Assembly: GCA_964564795.1 (NCBI GenBank)
Contig: CAZMCJ010000004.1
Coordinates: 1-32,414 of the forward strand
Reading direction: 5' to 3'
DNA from: an uncultured Eubacteriales bacterium
Lineage (GTDB): Bacteria; Bacillota; Clostridia; Oscillospirales; RGIG577
DNA: 32,414 nt
Each line of letters opens with the position of its first letter. Positions within the stretch are counted from its first letter, which is position 1. The notes under the pieces were generated by a model. That model was not told where the DNA came from, searched no databases, and saw only the letters and a program-made list of their open reading frames with translations. Below are positions 1 through 7,496 of this stretch, one piece after another. The position numbers and the translations under genes were made by a program.

Positions 1-397
1 TAGGGCAAGGAGTCTCTCCGTCCATATAGATAAGGCGGTCGATAACTTCGTTACCAATAACGCTTTTTTCAATAATTTCCTCGCAGTCGTCCTCTGATAC
101 CTTTAGGTATGAGCAATCTTGCGGAAAAATTTTAACAAGTGGACCTTTTTCGCAAAGACCAAAACAACCTGTTTTCTTAACTCCAATTGCATTGCTATCC
201 GTTTCTTTTTCCAAAGAAATTGCAACTTTTAGCCCTTTTTCTTCAATCAAAGCTTTAAGCTTGTCATAAATTGCAAGGGATCCGCCTGCAACGCAGCCGG
301 TTCCGGCGCAAACCATAATCTTTTTCTCTTGTGCATCAAGAGCTTTTTTGTATTCTTCCCTAACAATTTTAAGGGAAATTTCACTAGTTATTTTCAT
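1..397 (-). CDS. NuoF/HydB-like NADH-binding subunit of a hydrogenase or NADH dehydrogenase module; N-terminal part only, runs off the left edge
   Basis: My own reverse-strand translation from the ATG at 397-395 gives MKITSEISLKIVREEYKKALDAQEKKIMVCAGTGCVAGGSLAIYDKLKALIEEKGLKVAI...TGCFGLCEKGPLVKIFPQD... This is a thioredoxin-like [2Fe-2S] N-domain with cysteine pairs CAGTGC and CFGLC. The start overlaps the upstream nuoE-like ORF by 14 nt, which is typical nuoE-nuoF coupling. This ORF is not in the supplied track because it is open-ended. Confidence 0.7.
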   Translation of the reverse strand, partial: MKITSEISLKIVREEYKKALDAQEKKIMVCAGTGCVAGGSLAIYDKLKALIEEKGLKVAISLEKETDSNAIGVKKTGCFGLCEKGPLVKIFPQDCSYLKVSEDDCEEIIEKSVIGNEVIDRLIYMDGETPCP

Positions 398-875
398 TGC
401 TGTGCTCCTCTCTTAACGTATCAAGCACTTCCCTTGCTTTCGCAGGAGTCATAGCAGCATAAACCTTATTATTAACAGTCATAACAGGGGAAAGACCACA
501 TGCGCCAAGGCAAGAAACGGTTTCAACTGTGAAAAGCATATCGTCCGTTGTGTGCTTCTTATCACTAAGGCCTAGCTCTGTTCTGATTGCATTAAGAATA
601 GGAATAGACTTCCTAACGTGGCATGCAGTTCCGTCGCAAATTTTGATAACGTATTTTCCTTTTTCCTCTAGGGAGAAATTCTCATAGAATGTTGCTATAC
701 CGTAAATTTTAGCCTCGCTAACATTAAGGGATTTTGCGATATAGGATAGTGCGTCTTGTGGCAAGTAACGGTACTTTTTTTGTACCTCTTGCATAACAGC
801 AATTACAGATGAACCAACTTTTGGATAATTTGCCAAAACACTATCTATAAATGCTAAATCTTCAACTTTAAGCAT
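384..875 (-). CDS. NuoE/HydC-like thioredoxin-like [2Fe-2S] ferredoxin subunit (NADH:quinone oxidoreductase 24 kDa family)
   Basis: 163-aa ORF. The cysteine pattern CDGTAC...CLGACGLSP matches the NuoE/HndA family. It is followed directly by the NuoF-like gene. Confidence 0.85.
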   Translation of the reverse strand: MLKVEDLAFIDSVLANYPKVGSSVIAVMQEVQKKYRYLPQDALSYIAKSLNVSEAKIYGIATFYENFSLEEKGKYVIKICDGTACHVRKSIPILNAIRTELGLSDKKHTTDDMLFTVETVSCLGACGLSPVMTVNNKVYAAMTPAKAREVLDTLREEHSNENN

Positions 876-1027
876 TTTTTTCTTCCTTCCTTTTTTGTTA
901 ATTTTTTATCATATACAGTTATTATACTTTATAATTAATAAAACGTCAATTAAAGGAAATAAAAAATTAGTATAATATTGCACAAATATTTTTTTGTTTT
1001 TTGGTTAAAATAACATTTGATATTTTT

Positions 1028-1056
1028 TTGACAAAAGAGTATTATATGTTTAGAGT
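1028..1056 (+). promoter_or_regulatory. Candidate sigma-70 promoter for the alcohol dehydrogenase gene
   Basis: TTGACA (1028-1033), a 17-nt spacer, then TAGAGT (1051-1056) in an AT-rich divergent intergenic region. The -10 element is weak. Confidence 0.3.
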
Positions 1057-1100
1057 ACATTGTTAATTTTTTAATTATCAAAGAAAGAAGGAATATAATT

Positions 1101-2270
1101 ATGGCACGCTTTACATTACCAAGGGATTTATACTTTGGAGAAAACGCAATTGACGAGCTTAAAAACCTTAAAGGCTACAAAAAGGCAATCATAGTAACCG
1201 GTGGAACATCTATGAAAAAAGGTGGCTTTTTAAAGCAAACTATTGATGCGCTTGAGGCTGCCGGAATGGAAACAAAGCTTTTTGAAGGGGTTGAGCCAGA
1301 CCCAAGCGTTGAAACTGTTTACGCCGGCGCAAAAGCAATGGTAGATTTTGGCCCTGACGTTATAGTTTCCATAGGTGGCGGCTCCCCTATCGACGCCGCA
1401 AAGGCAATGTGGGTTTTCTATGAGTACCCAGAGCTTAAATTTGATGACATAAAGACTCCTTTTACTATGCCAAAGCTAAGAAAAAAAGCTATTTTTGTTG
1501 CAATCCCATCAACAAGCGGAACAGCAACTGAGGTTACTGCATTCTCTGTTATCACAGACTACTCAACCAAGATTAAATACCCTCTGGCTGATTTTGAGAT
1601 AACACCTGATATTGCAATTTTGGATACTAATATTCCACTAACCATGCCTAAGGTTCTAACAGCTCACACAGGTATGGACGCACTAACACACGCTATCGAG
1701 GCTTACGTTGCTGCGCTTAAGAATGATTTTACAGACCCTCTTGCTCTTAAAGCAATCTCTATGGTATATGAGAATATGGTTGCATCCTACAACGGCGATA
1801 AAGAAGCTCGTGGTCAAGTCCACATTGGTCAATGTTTGGCTGGTATGGCGTTCTCTAACGCACTTCTTGGAATTGTTCACTCCCTTGCACACAAAACCGG
1901 TGCGCAATACGAAATTCCACACGGTTGCTGCAATGCAATTATGTTGCCATACGTTATCCAATATAACAGCAAGGTTTGTTTGGATAGATTTGCAGATATT
2001 GCTCGCACACTTGGCTTGCCGGGCGGAACAAACAAGCAACTTTGCAACTCTTTGGTTGATGCAATCAGAGCCCTTAACGCAAAGCTTGACATCGCACCAG
2101 CATTTAAAGAGATGGGCGTTAAGGAGGACTTCTTCCTTTCAACTGTTGACTTTATTGCTGAAAATGCAGTTGGCGACCCTTGCACAGGCTCCAACCCACG
2201 TGCAACCAATTTTGAAGATATGAAAAAGGTTCTTATTTCTTGCTACTATGGCACAGACGTAACATTCTAA
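1101..2270 (+). CDS. Iron-containing (group III) alcohol dehydrogenase, NADH-dependent butanol dehydrogenase-like
   Basis: 389-aa ORF. It has the Fe-ADH hallmarks GGGSPIDAAKA and histidine-rich metal-site regions (HTGMDALTHAIEAY, HSLAHKTG). An RBS, AAGAAGGAA, lies upstream of the ATG. Confidence 0.9.
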   Translation: MARFTLPRDLYFGENAIDELKNLKGYKKAIIVTGGTSMKKGGFLKQTIDALEAAGMETKLFEGVEPDPSVETVYAGAKAMVDFGPDVIVSIGGGSPIDAAKAMWVFYEYPELKFDDIKTPFTMPKLRKKAIFVAIPSTSGTATEVTAFSVITDYSTKIKYPLADFEITPDIAILDTNIPLTMPKVLTAHTGMDALTHAIEAYVAALKNDFTDPLALKAISMVYENMVASYNGDKEARGQVHIGQCLAGMAFSNALLGIVHSLAHKTGAQYEIPHGCCNAIMLPYVIQYNSKVCLDRFADIARTLGLPGGTNKQLCNSLVDAIRALNAKLDIAPAFKEMGVKEDFFLSTVDFIAENAVGDPCTGSNPRATNFEDMKKVLISCYYGTDVTF

Positions 2271-2298
2271 TCAACACTAAAAATTTGATACATTTTTT

Positions 2299-2333
2299 AT
2301 GGCTGGTTCAATTTTTGTACCAGCCATTTTCTA
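2299..2333 (+). terminator. Rho-independent terminator after the alcohol dehydrogenase gene
   Basis: ATGGCTGGT (2299-2307) pairs with ACCAGCCAT (2319-2327) and is followed by TTTTCT. Confidence 0.7.
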
Positions 2334-2375
2334 TTCCTATAAAATAGCACTTTTTACATTTTTTTATTGTTTTGA

Positions 2376-2404
2376 TTGAAAAATAGAGGTTTTTGTGGTA
2401 TTCT
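2376..2404 (+). promoter_or_regulatory. Candidate sigma-70 promoter for gltX-glnS
   Basis: TTGAAA (2376-2381), a 17-nt spacer ending in TGg (extended -10), then TATTCT (2399-2404). This would place the transcription start downstream of the track's 2393 start codon. Confidence 0.4.
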
Positions 2405-2437
2405 AAAATATATGCCCAGAAAGGAAATGAACGTGAA

Positions 2438-4093
2438 ATGAACAATCAAAAATTAGCTGACCTACTATTTAAAGATATTACGAAAACCCCCGCTTATTAC
2501 GAGAAATTATACCCAAAAAGAGAGCTTAAGGAGGGGGCAAAGGTAACAAGAATTGCCCCAAGTCCAACCGGATTTATGCACCTAGGCAACCTTTTTGGCG
2601 CAATAGCGGACGAGCGTCTTGCCCACCAAAGCGGCGGTGTTTTTTACCTTAGAATTGAGGATACCGACAAAAAGCGTGAGGTTGAGGGTGGAGTAGAGAC
2701 AATCTTAAATGTTTTCCACCACTTTGGGCTTAACTTTGACGAAGGCGCAACCCTAACGGGGGACAATGGTGCCTATGGCCCTTACCGCCAACGCCAGCGT
2801 GAGGAAATCTACAAAACATTCGCCAAATCACTTGTTGAAAAAGGTCTTGCCTACCCTTGTTTCTGCACCGAGGAAACCCTTACTTCCATGCGCGAAAAGC
2901 AGGAGAAGAACAAAGAAAACTTTGGCTACTATGGCAAATACGCCCTTCACAGGGATATGCCAATTGAGGAAGTGGAAAAGGAGCTTGCTGCGGGAACTCC
3001 TTATGTTCTGCGCTTTAAGAGCTTTGGAAACACAGATAATAAAGAAAAACACAACGACTTAATAAAAGGATTTATGGAATTCCCAGAGAATGACCAGGAC
3101 GTTGTTATCCTTAAATCAGACGGTATTCCTACCTACCACTTTGCCCACGTTGTGGACGATTACCTAATGCGCACCACCCACGTTGTTCGTGGGGAGGAAT
3201 GGCTGGCAACCTTGCCAATCCACCTCCAACTATTTAAAGCTTTGGAAATTAAACCACCAAAATATGCCCACACCGCACAACTTATGAAAATGGACGGCGA
3301 GAGCAAGCGCAAGCTTTCTAAACGCAAGGACCCAGAGCTAGCCCTTGATTACTACCACCAAATGGGATACCCTGTTCCATCTGTTATAGAGTATTTGCTA
3401 ACTCTGCTTAACTCTAACTTTGAGATGTGGCGCATTGCAAACCCTCTTGAGCCCGTTACAAAATTCCAGTTTTCCACTAACAAGATGAGCGTTTCAGGCT
3501 CGTTGTTTGACGTTGCAAAGCTTATGGATGTTAGCAAAAACGTTATCTCAGTTTTTACCGCAAAGCAGGTTTACGATTATGTTGTTGAATGGGCTAAGAG
3601 CTTTGATATTGACTTTTACCAGCTTTTGACTCGTGATGAAAATTACGCAACAAAGATTTTTGCAATTGGCAGAGGGGGCAAAAAGCCACGTAAGGACATT
3701 GCAACTTGGAGTGAGGTTAAGGACTATATGGGATTCTTCTACGACGAATTGTTTATTCCATCCTACGAGTTCCCCTTCAACGTAACCAAAGAGGATGCAA
3801 TGGATATTTTGAAAAAATACAGTGAAATATATAAGGAAGAAGCGGACACAGGAACGTGGTTCCAAACTATCTGCGATTTATCTGCCGACCTTTCCTTTGC
3901 ACCGTCTACCAAAGAATACAAAGCGAACCCTGAAAAGTATAAGGGTCACCCCGGCGATGTTAGTATGGTAATTCGTGTTGCCATCTCAGGTCGCCAATCG
4001 TCCCCTGATATGTTCGATGTTATGACAATTATGGGGGCGGACAGAGTTAAGCAACGTCTTCAAAGTGCATACGACTACCTTAAAAATTCCTAA
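2438..4093 (+). CDS. gltX: Glutamate--tRNA ligase (long form, about 551 aa)
   Basis: Class I aaRS motifs are present: HIGH-type PSPTGFMHLGN and KMSKS-type KLSKRK. I prefer the ATG at 2438 (MNNQKLADLL), with AAGGAA upstream, over the non-ATG start at 2393 in the track. Confidence 0.9.
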   Translation: MNNQKLADLLFKDITKTPAYYEKLYPKRELKEGAKVTRIAPSPTGFMHLGNLFGAIADERLAHQSGGVFYLRIEDTDKKREVEGGVETILNVFHHFGLNFDEGATLTGDNGAYGPYRQRQREEIYKTFAKSLVEKGLAYPCFCTEETLTSMREKQEKNKENFGYYGKYALHRDMPIEEVEKELAAGTPYVLRFKSFGNTDNKEKHNDLIKGFMEFPENDQDVVILKSDGIPTYHFAHVVDDYLMRTTHVVRGEEWLATLPIHLQLFKALEIKPPKYAHTAQLMKMDGESKRKLSKRKDPELALDYYHQMGYPVPSVIEYLLTLLNSNFEMWRIANPLEPVTKFQFSTNKMSVSGSLFDVAKLMDVSKNVISVFTAKQVYDYVVEWAKSFDIDFYQLLTRDENYATKIFAIGRGGKKPRKDIATWSEVKDYMGFFYDELFIPSYEFPFNVTKEDAMDILKKYSEIYKEEADTGTWFQTICDLSADLSFAPSTKEYKANPEKYKGHPGDVSMVIRVAISGRQSSPDMFDVMTIMGADRVKQRLQSAYDYLKNS

Positions 4094-4113
4094 AAGTGAA
4101 AGGAGCAACTTTA

Positions 4114-5757
4114 ATGCAAATGATTGATTCAAATTTTATAACGGAAATTATTGATAGGGATTTGGAGAAAAACCCTAACCTTAAAATACGCACACGTTTC
4201 CCACCAGAGCCAAACGGATACCTCCATATTGGCAGTGCAAAGGCAATTTACATCAGCTATATGTCTGCAAAAAAATATGGTGGCACATTCAATCTGCGCT
4301 ATGATGATACCAACCCGTCAAGGGAGGATGTCGAGTACGTTAACTCCATCAAAGAGGACCTGTTGTGGCTGGGCGCAGTACCGGACGGCGGAATTTTTTA
4401 CGGCAGTGACTACTTTAACGAGTGCTACGAGTTTGCAGTTAAGCTAATCAAGGAGGGCAAGGCTTACGTTTGCAACCTTTGTGTGGAGGAGATACGCAAC
4501 TACCGTGGCACCCTTACAACGCCGGGCAAAAACAGCCCCTACCGTGATAGGAGCATCGAGGAAAACCTGGAGCTTTTTGAGAAGATGAAAAATGGTGACT
4601 TTGCTGAGGGAGAGTGTACCCTAAGGGCAAAGATTGATATGGCATCGCCAAATATGAATATGCGTGACCCTGCAATCTACCGAATTGCAAAGGTGCATCA
4701 CCACCGCCAAGGCAACGACTGGTGCATATACCCGCTTTATGATTATGCACACCCAATCCAAGATGCGCTAGAGGGGATTACACATTCCCTTTGCTCAATT
4801 GAGTTTGAGAACCACCGCCCACTTTACGATTGGGTTGTAGATAATATTGGTTTTGAGCATAAGCCACACCAGTACGAATTTGCTCGCCTTAACGTTACCA
4901 AAACTGTTATGAGCAAGCGCTACTTGCGTGAGCTTGTGGAGAAGGAATATGTGGACGGGTGGGACGACCCAAGAATGCCAACCCTTTGTGGGCTACGCCG
5001 CAGGGGCTACACCCCTTCCTCCCTTTTTGAGTTTGTGCGTCGTGCAGGCGTTTCCAAGGCTTACTCCGTTGTTGATGTTGCCCTTTTGGAGCATTGTATA
5101 CGTGACGAGCTTAACACAAATGCCGACCGCAAAATTGTGGTTTTGGATCCTCTTAAGGTTACCATTACCAATTACCCAGCGGATAAATGCGAGTATTTTA
5201 GTATTTCCAATAACCCAAATAATCCGAACGCTACAAGACGCGAGGTTCCATTCACCGGCGAAATTTTTGTGGAGCGTGCTGACTTCTGCGAGGCTCCTGT
5301 TGGCAAGTTCTTCCGCCTAAAGCCAGATGGCGAGGTACGCTTGATGGGTGCATATGTAATAAAATGCAACGAAATTATAAAGGACGAAAATGGTGAGGTT
5401 GTGGAGCTGCGTTGCACCGCCGACCTTGAAACCGGAGGGAAAAACCCAACCGACGGCAGAAAAATCAAGGGTACAATTCACTGGGTTAGCTCCTCGCATT
5501 GCGAAGATATCACCGTTAATATGTATGATTATCTATTTACCGTTGATGATTTTTCTAATCTTAATGAGGGGGAGAGTTATCTTGATTACCTCAACCCACA
5601 AAGTTTAGTTACCCTTAAAAATTGCAAGGCAGAAAAATCAATATCCGACACAAATAGTGGGGATAAGTTCCAGTTTGTGCGCAATGGCTACTTCTGCAAG
5701 GATACCAAAAATGAAAACACCTTTAACCTGATCGTAGGTCTGAAAGATAGTAAGTAA
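4114..5757 (+). CDS. glnS: Glutamine--tRNA ligase
   Basis: It has PEPNGYLHIGSAK (HIGH), VMSKR (KMSKS) and GlnRS-typical blocks (FNLRYDDTNP, YPLYDYAHP). The ATG at 4114 is preceded by AAAGGAG; the track's GTG at 4096 lies inside the RBS region. Confidence 0.9.
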   Translation: MQMIDSNFITEIIDRDLEKNPNLKIRTRFPPEPNGYLHIGSAKAIYISYMSAKKYGGTFNLRYDDTNPSREDVEYVNSIKEDLLWLGAVPDGGIFYGSDYFNECYEFAVKLIKEGKAYVCNLCVEEIRNYRGTLTTPGKNSPYRDRSIEENLELFEKMKNGDFAEGECTLRAKIDMASPNMNMRDPAIYRIAKVHHHRQGNDWCIYPLYDYAHPIQDALEGITHSLCSIEFENHRPLYDWVVDNIGFEHKPHQYEFARLNVTKTVMSKRYLRELVEKEYVDGWDDPRMPTLCGLRRRGYTPSSLFEFVRRAGVSKAYSVVDVALLEHCIRDELNTNADRKIVVLDPLKVTITNYPADKCEYFSISNNPNNPNATRREVPFTGEIFVERADFCEAPVGKFFRLKPDGEVRLMGAYVIKCNEIIKDENGEVVELRCTADLETGGKNPTDGRKIKGTIHWVSSSHCEDITVNMYDYLFTVDDFSNLNEGESYLDYLNPQSLVTLKNCKAEKSISDTNSGDKFQFVRNGYFCKDTKNENTFNLIVGLKDSK

Positions 5758-5816
5758 ATTTTTATTATTTGATGGAGTTTTTCAGAGATTGTTTATATTA
5801 TGTGAGGTGTGAAAGA

Positions 5817-6323
5817 ATGAAGCACAGGCTTAAACTAATTCTTAAAATGACTATAGTTCTAATTTTGGGCGTTTGGATTCTTTCTAAAATTCCTTTCAGT
5901 CAAGATATAAACAGGGAGATTTCTGCACATATCTATGAAAACGGAGTGATAGCAGGCGAAACTACTGTTATAATAGATGGAGAAAAAAGCAACTATCTGT
6001 TTACCAAAGAGGAAAACTATTTTGGCAAATTCCATATACTTTCCTATGAAAAAACAGGCAGAGAAAATATGAAAGCAAAAATTAAGTGGGTTGATGAGCC
6101 AAATACACAGCGACTGTTTTACTTTCAAAATGCCACATTCCCCGATATGGATATATTATGGACAATCCTTATAAATGAAGAAATGACACAGTTTGCTCTT
6201 ATGCTCAAAGATGGTACTGTAATTGCAACATCTGATGAATTATTTAAGCTCTATACTAAATATATTTCTTATGATAATAATTCTGGGTCTATATCTGTTA
6301 CCGGTAACATTCCTAAATTTTAA
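5817..6323 (+). CDS. Hypothetical membrane-anchored protein (single N-terminal TM helix), function unknown
   Basis: The ORF has GAGGTG 8 nt upstream of the ATG at 5817. The N-terminus MKHRLKLILKMTIVLILGVWILSKI is a signal-anchor-like helix. I recognise no family. An alternative start exists at 5772. Confidence 0.5.
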   Translation: MKHRLKLILKMTIVLILGVWILSKIPFSQDINREISAHIYENGVIAGETTVIIDGEKSNYLFTKEENYFGKFHILSYEKTGRENMKAKIKWVDEPNTQRLFYFQNATFPDMDILWTILINEEMTQFALMLKDGTVIATSDELFKLYTKYISYDNNSGSISVTGNIPKF

Positions 6324-6393
6324 ATGGAATAGCAAAACTCATACTATTTATTTCTAGGTTTTTAGATGTTTCTAAATCTAATCTTTAAATTAT

Positions 6394-6427
6394 AAAACCC
6401 TCACAGATAATAATCTGTGAGGGTTTT
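6394..6427. terminator. Bidirectional rho-independent terminator between convergent units
   Basis: AAAACCCTCACAGAT (6394-6408) pairs perfectly with ATCTGTGAGGGTTTT (6413-6427). A/T runs flank both sides. It sits between the plus-strand orphan gene and the minus-strand maf. Confidence 0.75.
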
Positions 6428-6490
6428 ATCCTTATTATTCTTAAATTAACCCTATGACACAATTCAATACCCCAGTCTATTTTTCAGTGC

Positions 6491-7069
6491 TTACACCATT
6501 AGGTCAAGGGAAAACTCTTTTTTAAGAAGTGTGTACACCTTCTCGAGTGGCATACCCACAACGTTGTTATAGCACCCATCAATTTTGGTAACAAAAAGCC
6601 CACCAACTCCTTGTATTCCGTAGCCGCCTGCCTTATCATAAGGCTCACTCAGGCTAATATATTTCTCAATCTCAGCATCAGAAAGCTCCCTAAAATGCAC
6701 CACCGTTTCGCAATAATCAAGCGCCACCTTGTCCCCCCCCTTGCAAATAGCAATCCCGCTAAAAACGCTGTGGCTCTTGCCGCTCAAAAGGGTAATCACC
6801 CGCCTTGCGTCCTCTTTATCCCGTGGTTTGCCCAAAATCTCTCCCTTGCACAACACCATAGTGTCGCACCCTATCACAATATCGTTTTCGCTTCCTTTAT
6901 AGGACTGAGCCTTCTTTTTGGCAATCTCCATCACAATCTCATTCGGGGGCAATGTTTCGTCAAAGCTCTCGTCCACATCACTCACAAACACCTCAAACTT
7001 AATGTTTAGGCGCTCCAGCATCTCAATTCTCCTGGGCGATTTGCTCGCCAAAATTATCCTATCTCCCAC
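6491..7069 (-). CDS. maf: Maf-like nucleoside triphosphate pyrophosphatase (septum formation protein Maf family)
   Basis: The N-terminal signature IILASKSPRR and the rest of the sequence are Maf-like. All candidate starts are GTG (7093, 7069). 7069 gives the usual short N-terminus (MGDRIILAS) and still overlaps the dut stop by 11 nt. Confidence 0.8.
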   Translation of the reverse strand: MGDRIILASKSPRRIEMLERLNIKFEVFVSDVDESFDETLPPNEIVMEIAKKKAQSYKGSENDIVIGCDTMVLCKGEILGKPRDKEDARRVITLLSGKSHSVFSGIAICKGGDKVALDYCETVVHFRELSDAEIEKYISLSEPYDKAGGYGIQGVGGLFVTKIDGCYNNVVGMPLEKVYTLLKKEFSLDLMV

Positions 7070-7496
7070 TTGAGCCGAACCCCCCGTCACCACGTTGTGT
7101 ATAACTTAGCTCGTCTGACGGGGTCAAACTTCCACGTAAATATGGCAGCAAAACCCCTTGAGCCACCCTGTCCATCGGCATTACGGTGTAAGGTGCTTTG
7201 GAGGAATTAAGGAGCGCCACCATAATTTCACCTCGGTAGTCGTTATCAATCACCCCAACACAGTTTGGCAGGGTAATGCCGTGCTTTATTCCTAGCCCAC
7301 TACGTGGGAACACAAAAAGTGCCACATTTTTCTCCATTATTTCAATGGTTATGCCTGTTGGGAAAATTTTTGTTTCCCCGGGCAAGATTGTTACTTCTTC
7401 CTTTATATCCGCAACCAAATCAAATCCGGCACTGCCATCGCTTGCGTAAGCGGGCATATTTTTGTGGCTGCCTACAAATTTAACTAAAACATCCAT
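7059..7496 (-). CDS. dut: dUTP diphosphatase
   Basis: 145-aa ORF with the dUTPase motifs AGFDL, PRSGLG, IDNDYRGE and a C-terminal RGDGGFGSSG. Its ATG overlaps the U32 stop (TAATG). Confidence 0.9.
   Translation of the reverse strand: MDVLVKFVGSHKNMPAYASDGSAGFDLVADIKEEVTILPGETKIFPTGITIEIMEKNVALFVFPRSGLGIKHGITLPNCVGVIDNDYRGEIMVALLNSSKAPYTVMPMDRVAQGVLLPYLRGSLTPSDELSYTQRGDGGFGSSGR

Noticed and set aside
1683-2223. Several 110-171-aa ORFs overlapping the alcohol dehydrogenase gene on both strands. Similar nested ORFs occur inside gltX, glnS, U32, PFOR, the regulator, hnr, ena, dml, the mutL-like gene, mgm, dmdA, hgd and ndhF.
   Set aside because: All are fully contained in longer ORFs with strong family signatures. 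They are frame-shadow ORFs.
2271-2437. T-box leader upstream of gltX
   Set aside because: The adh terminator and a promoter occupy the 167-nt gap. The remaining leader is about 27 nt, and no specifier or antiterminator architecture is visible.
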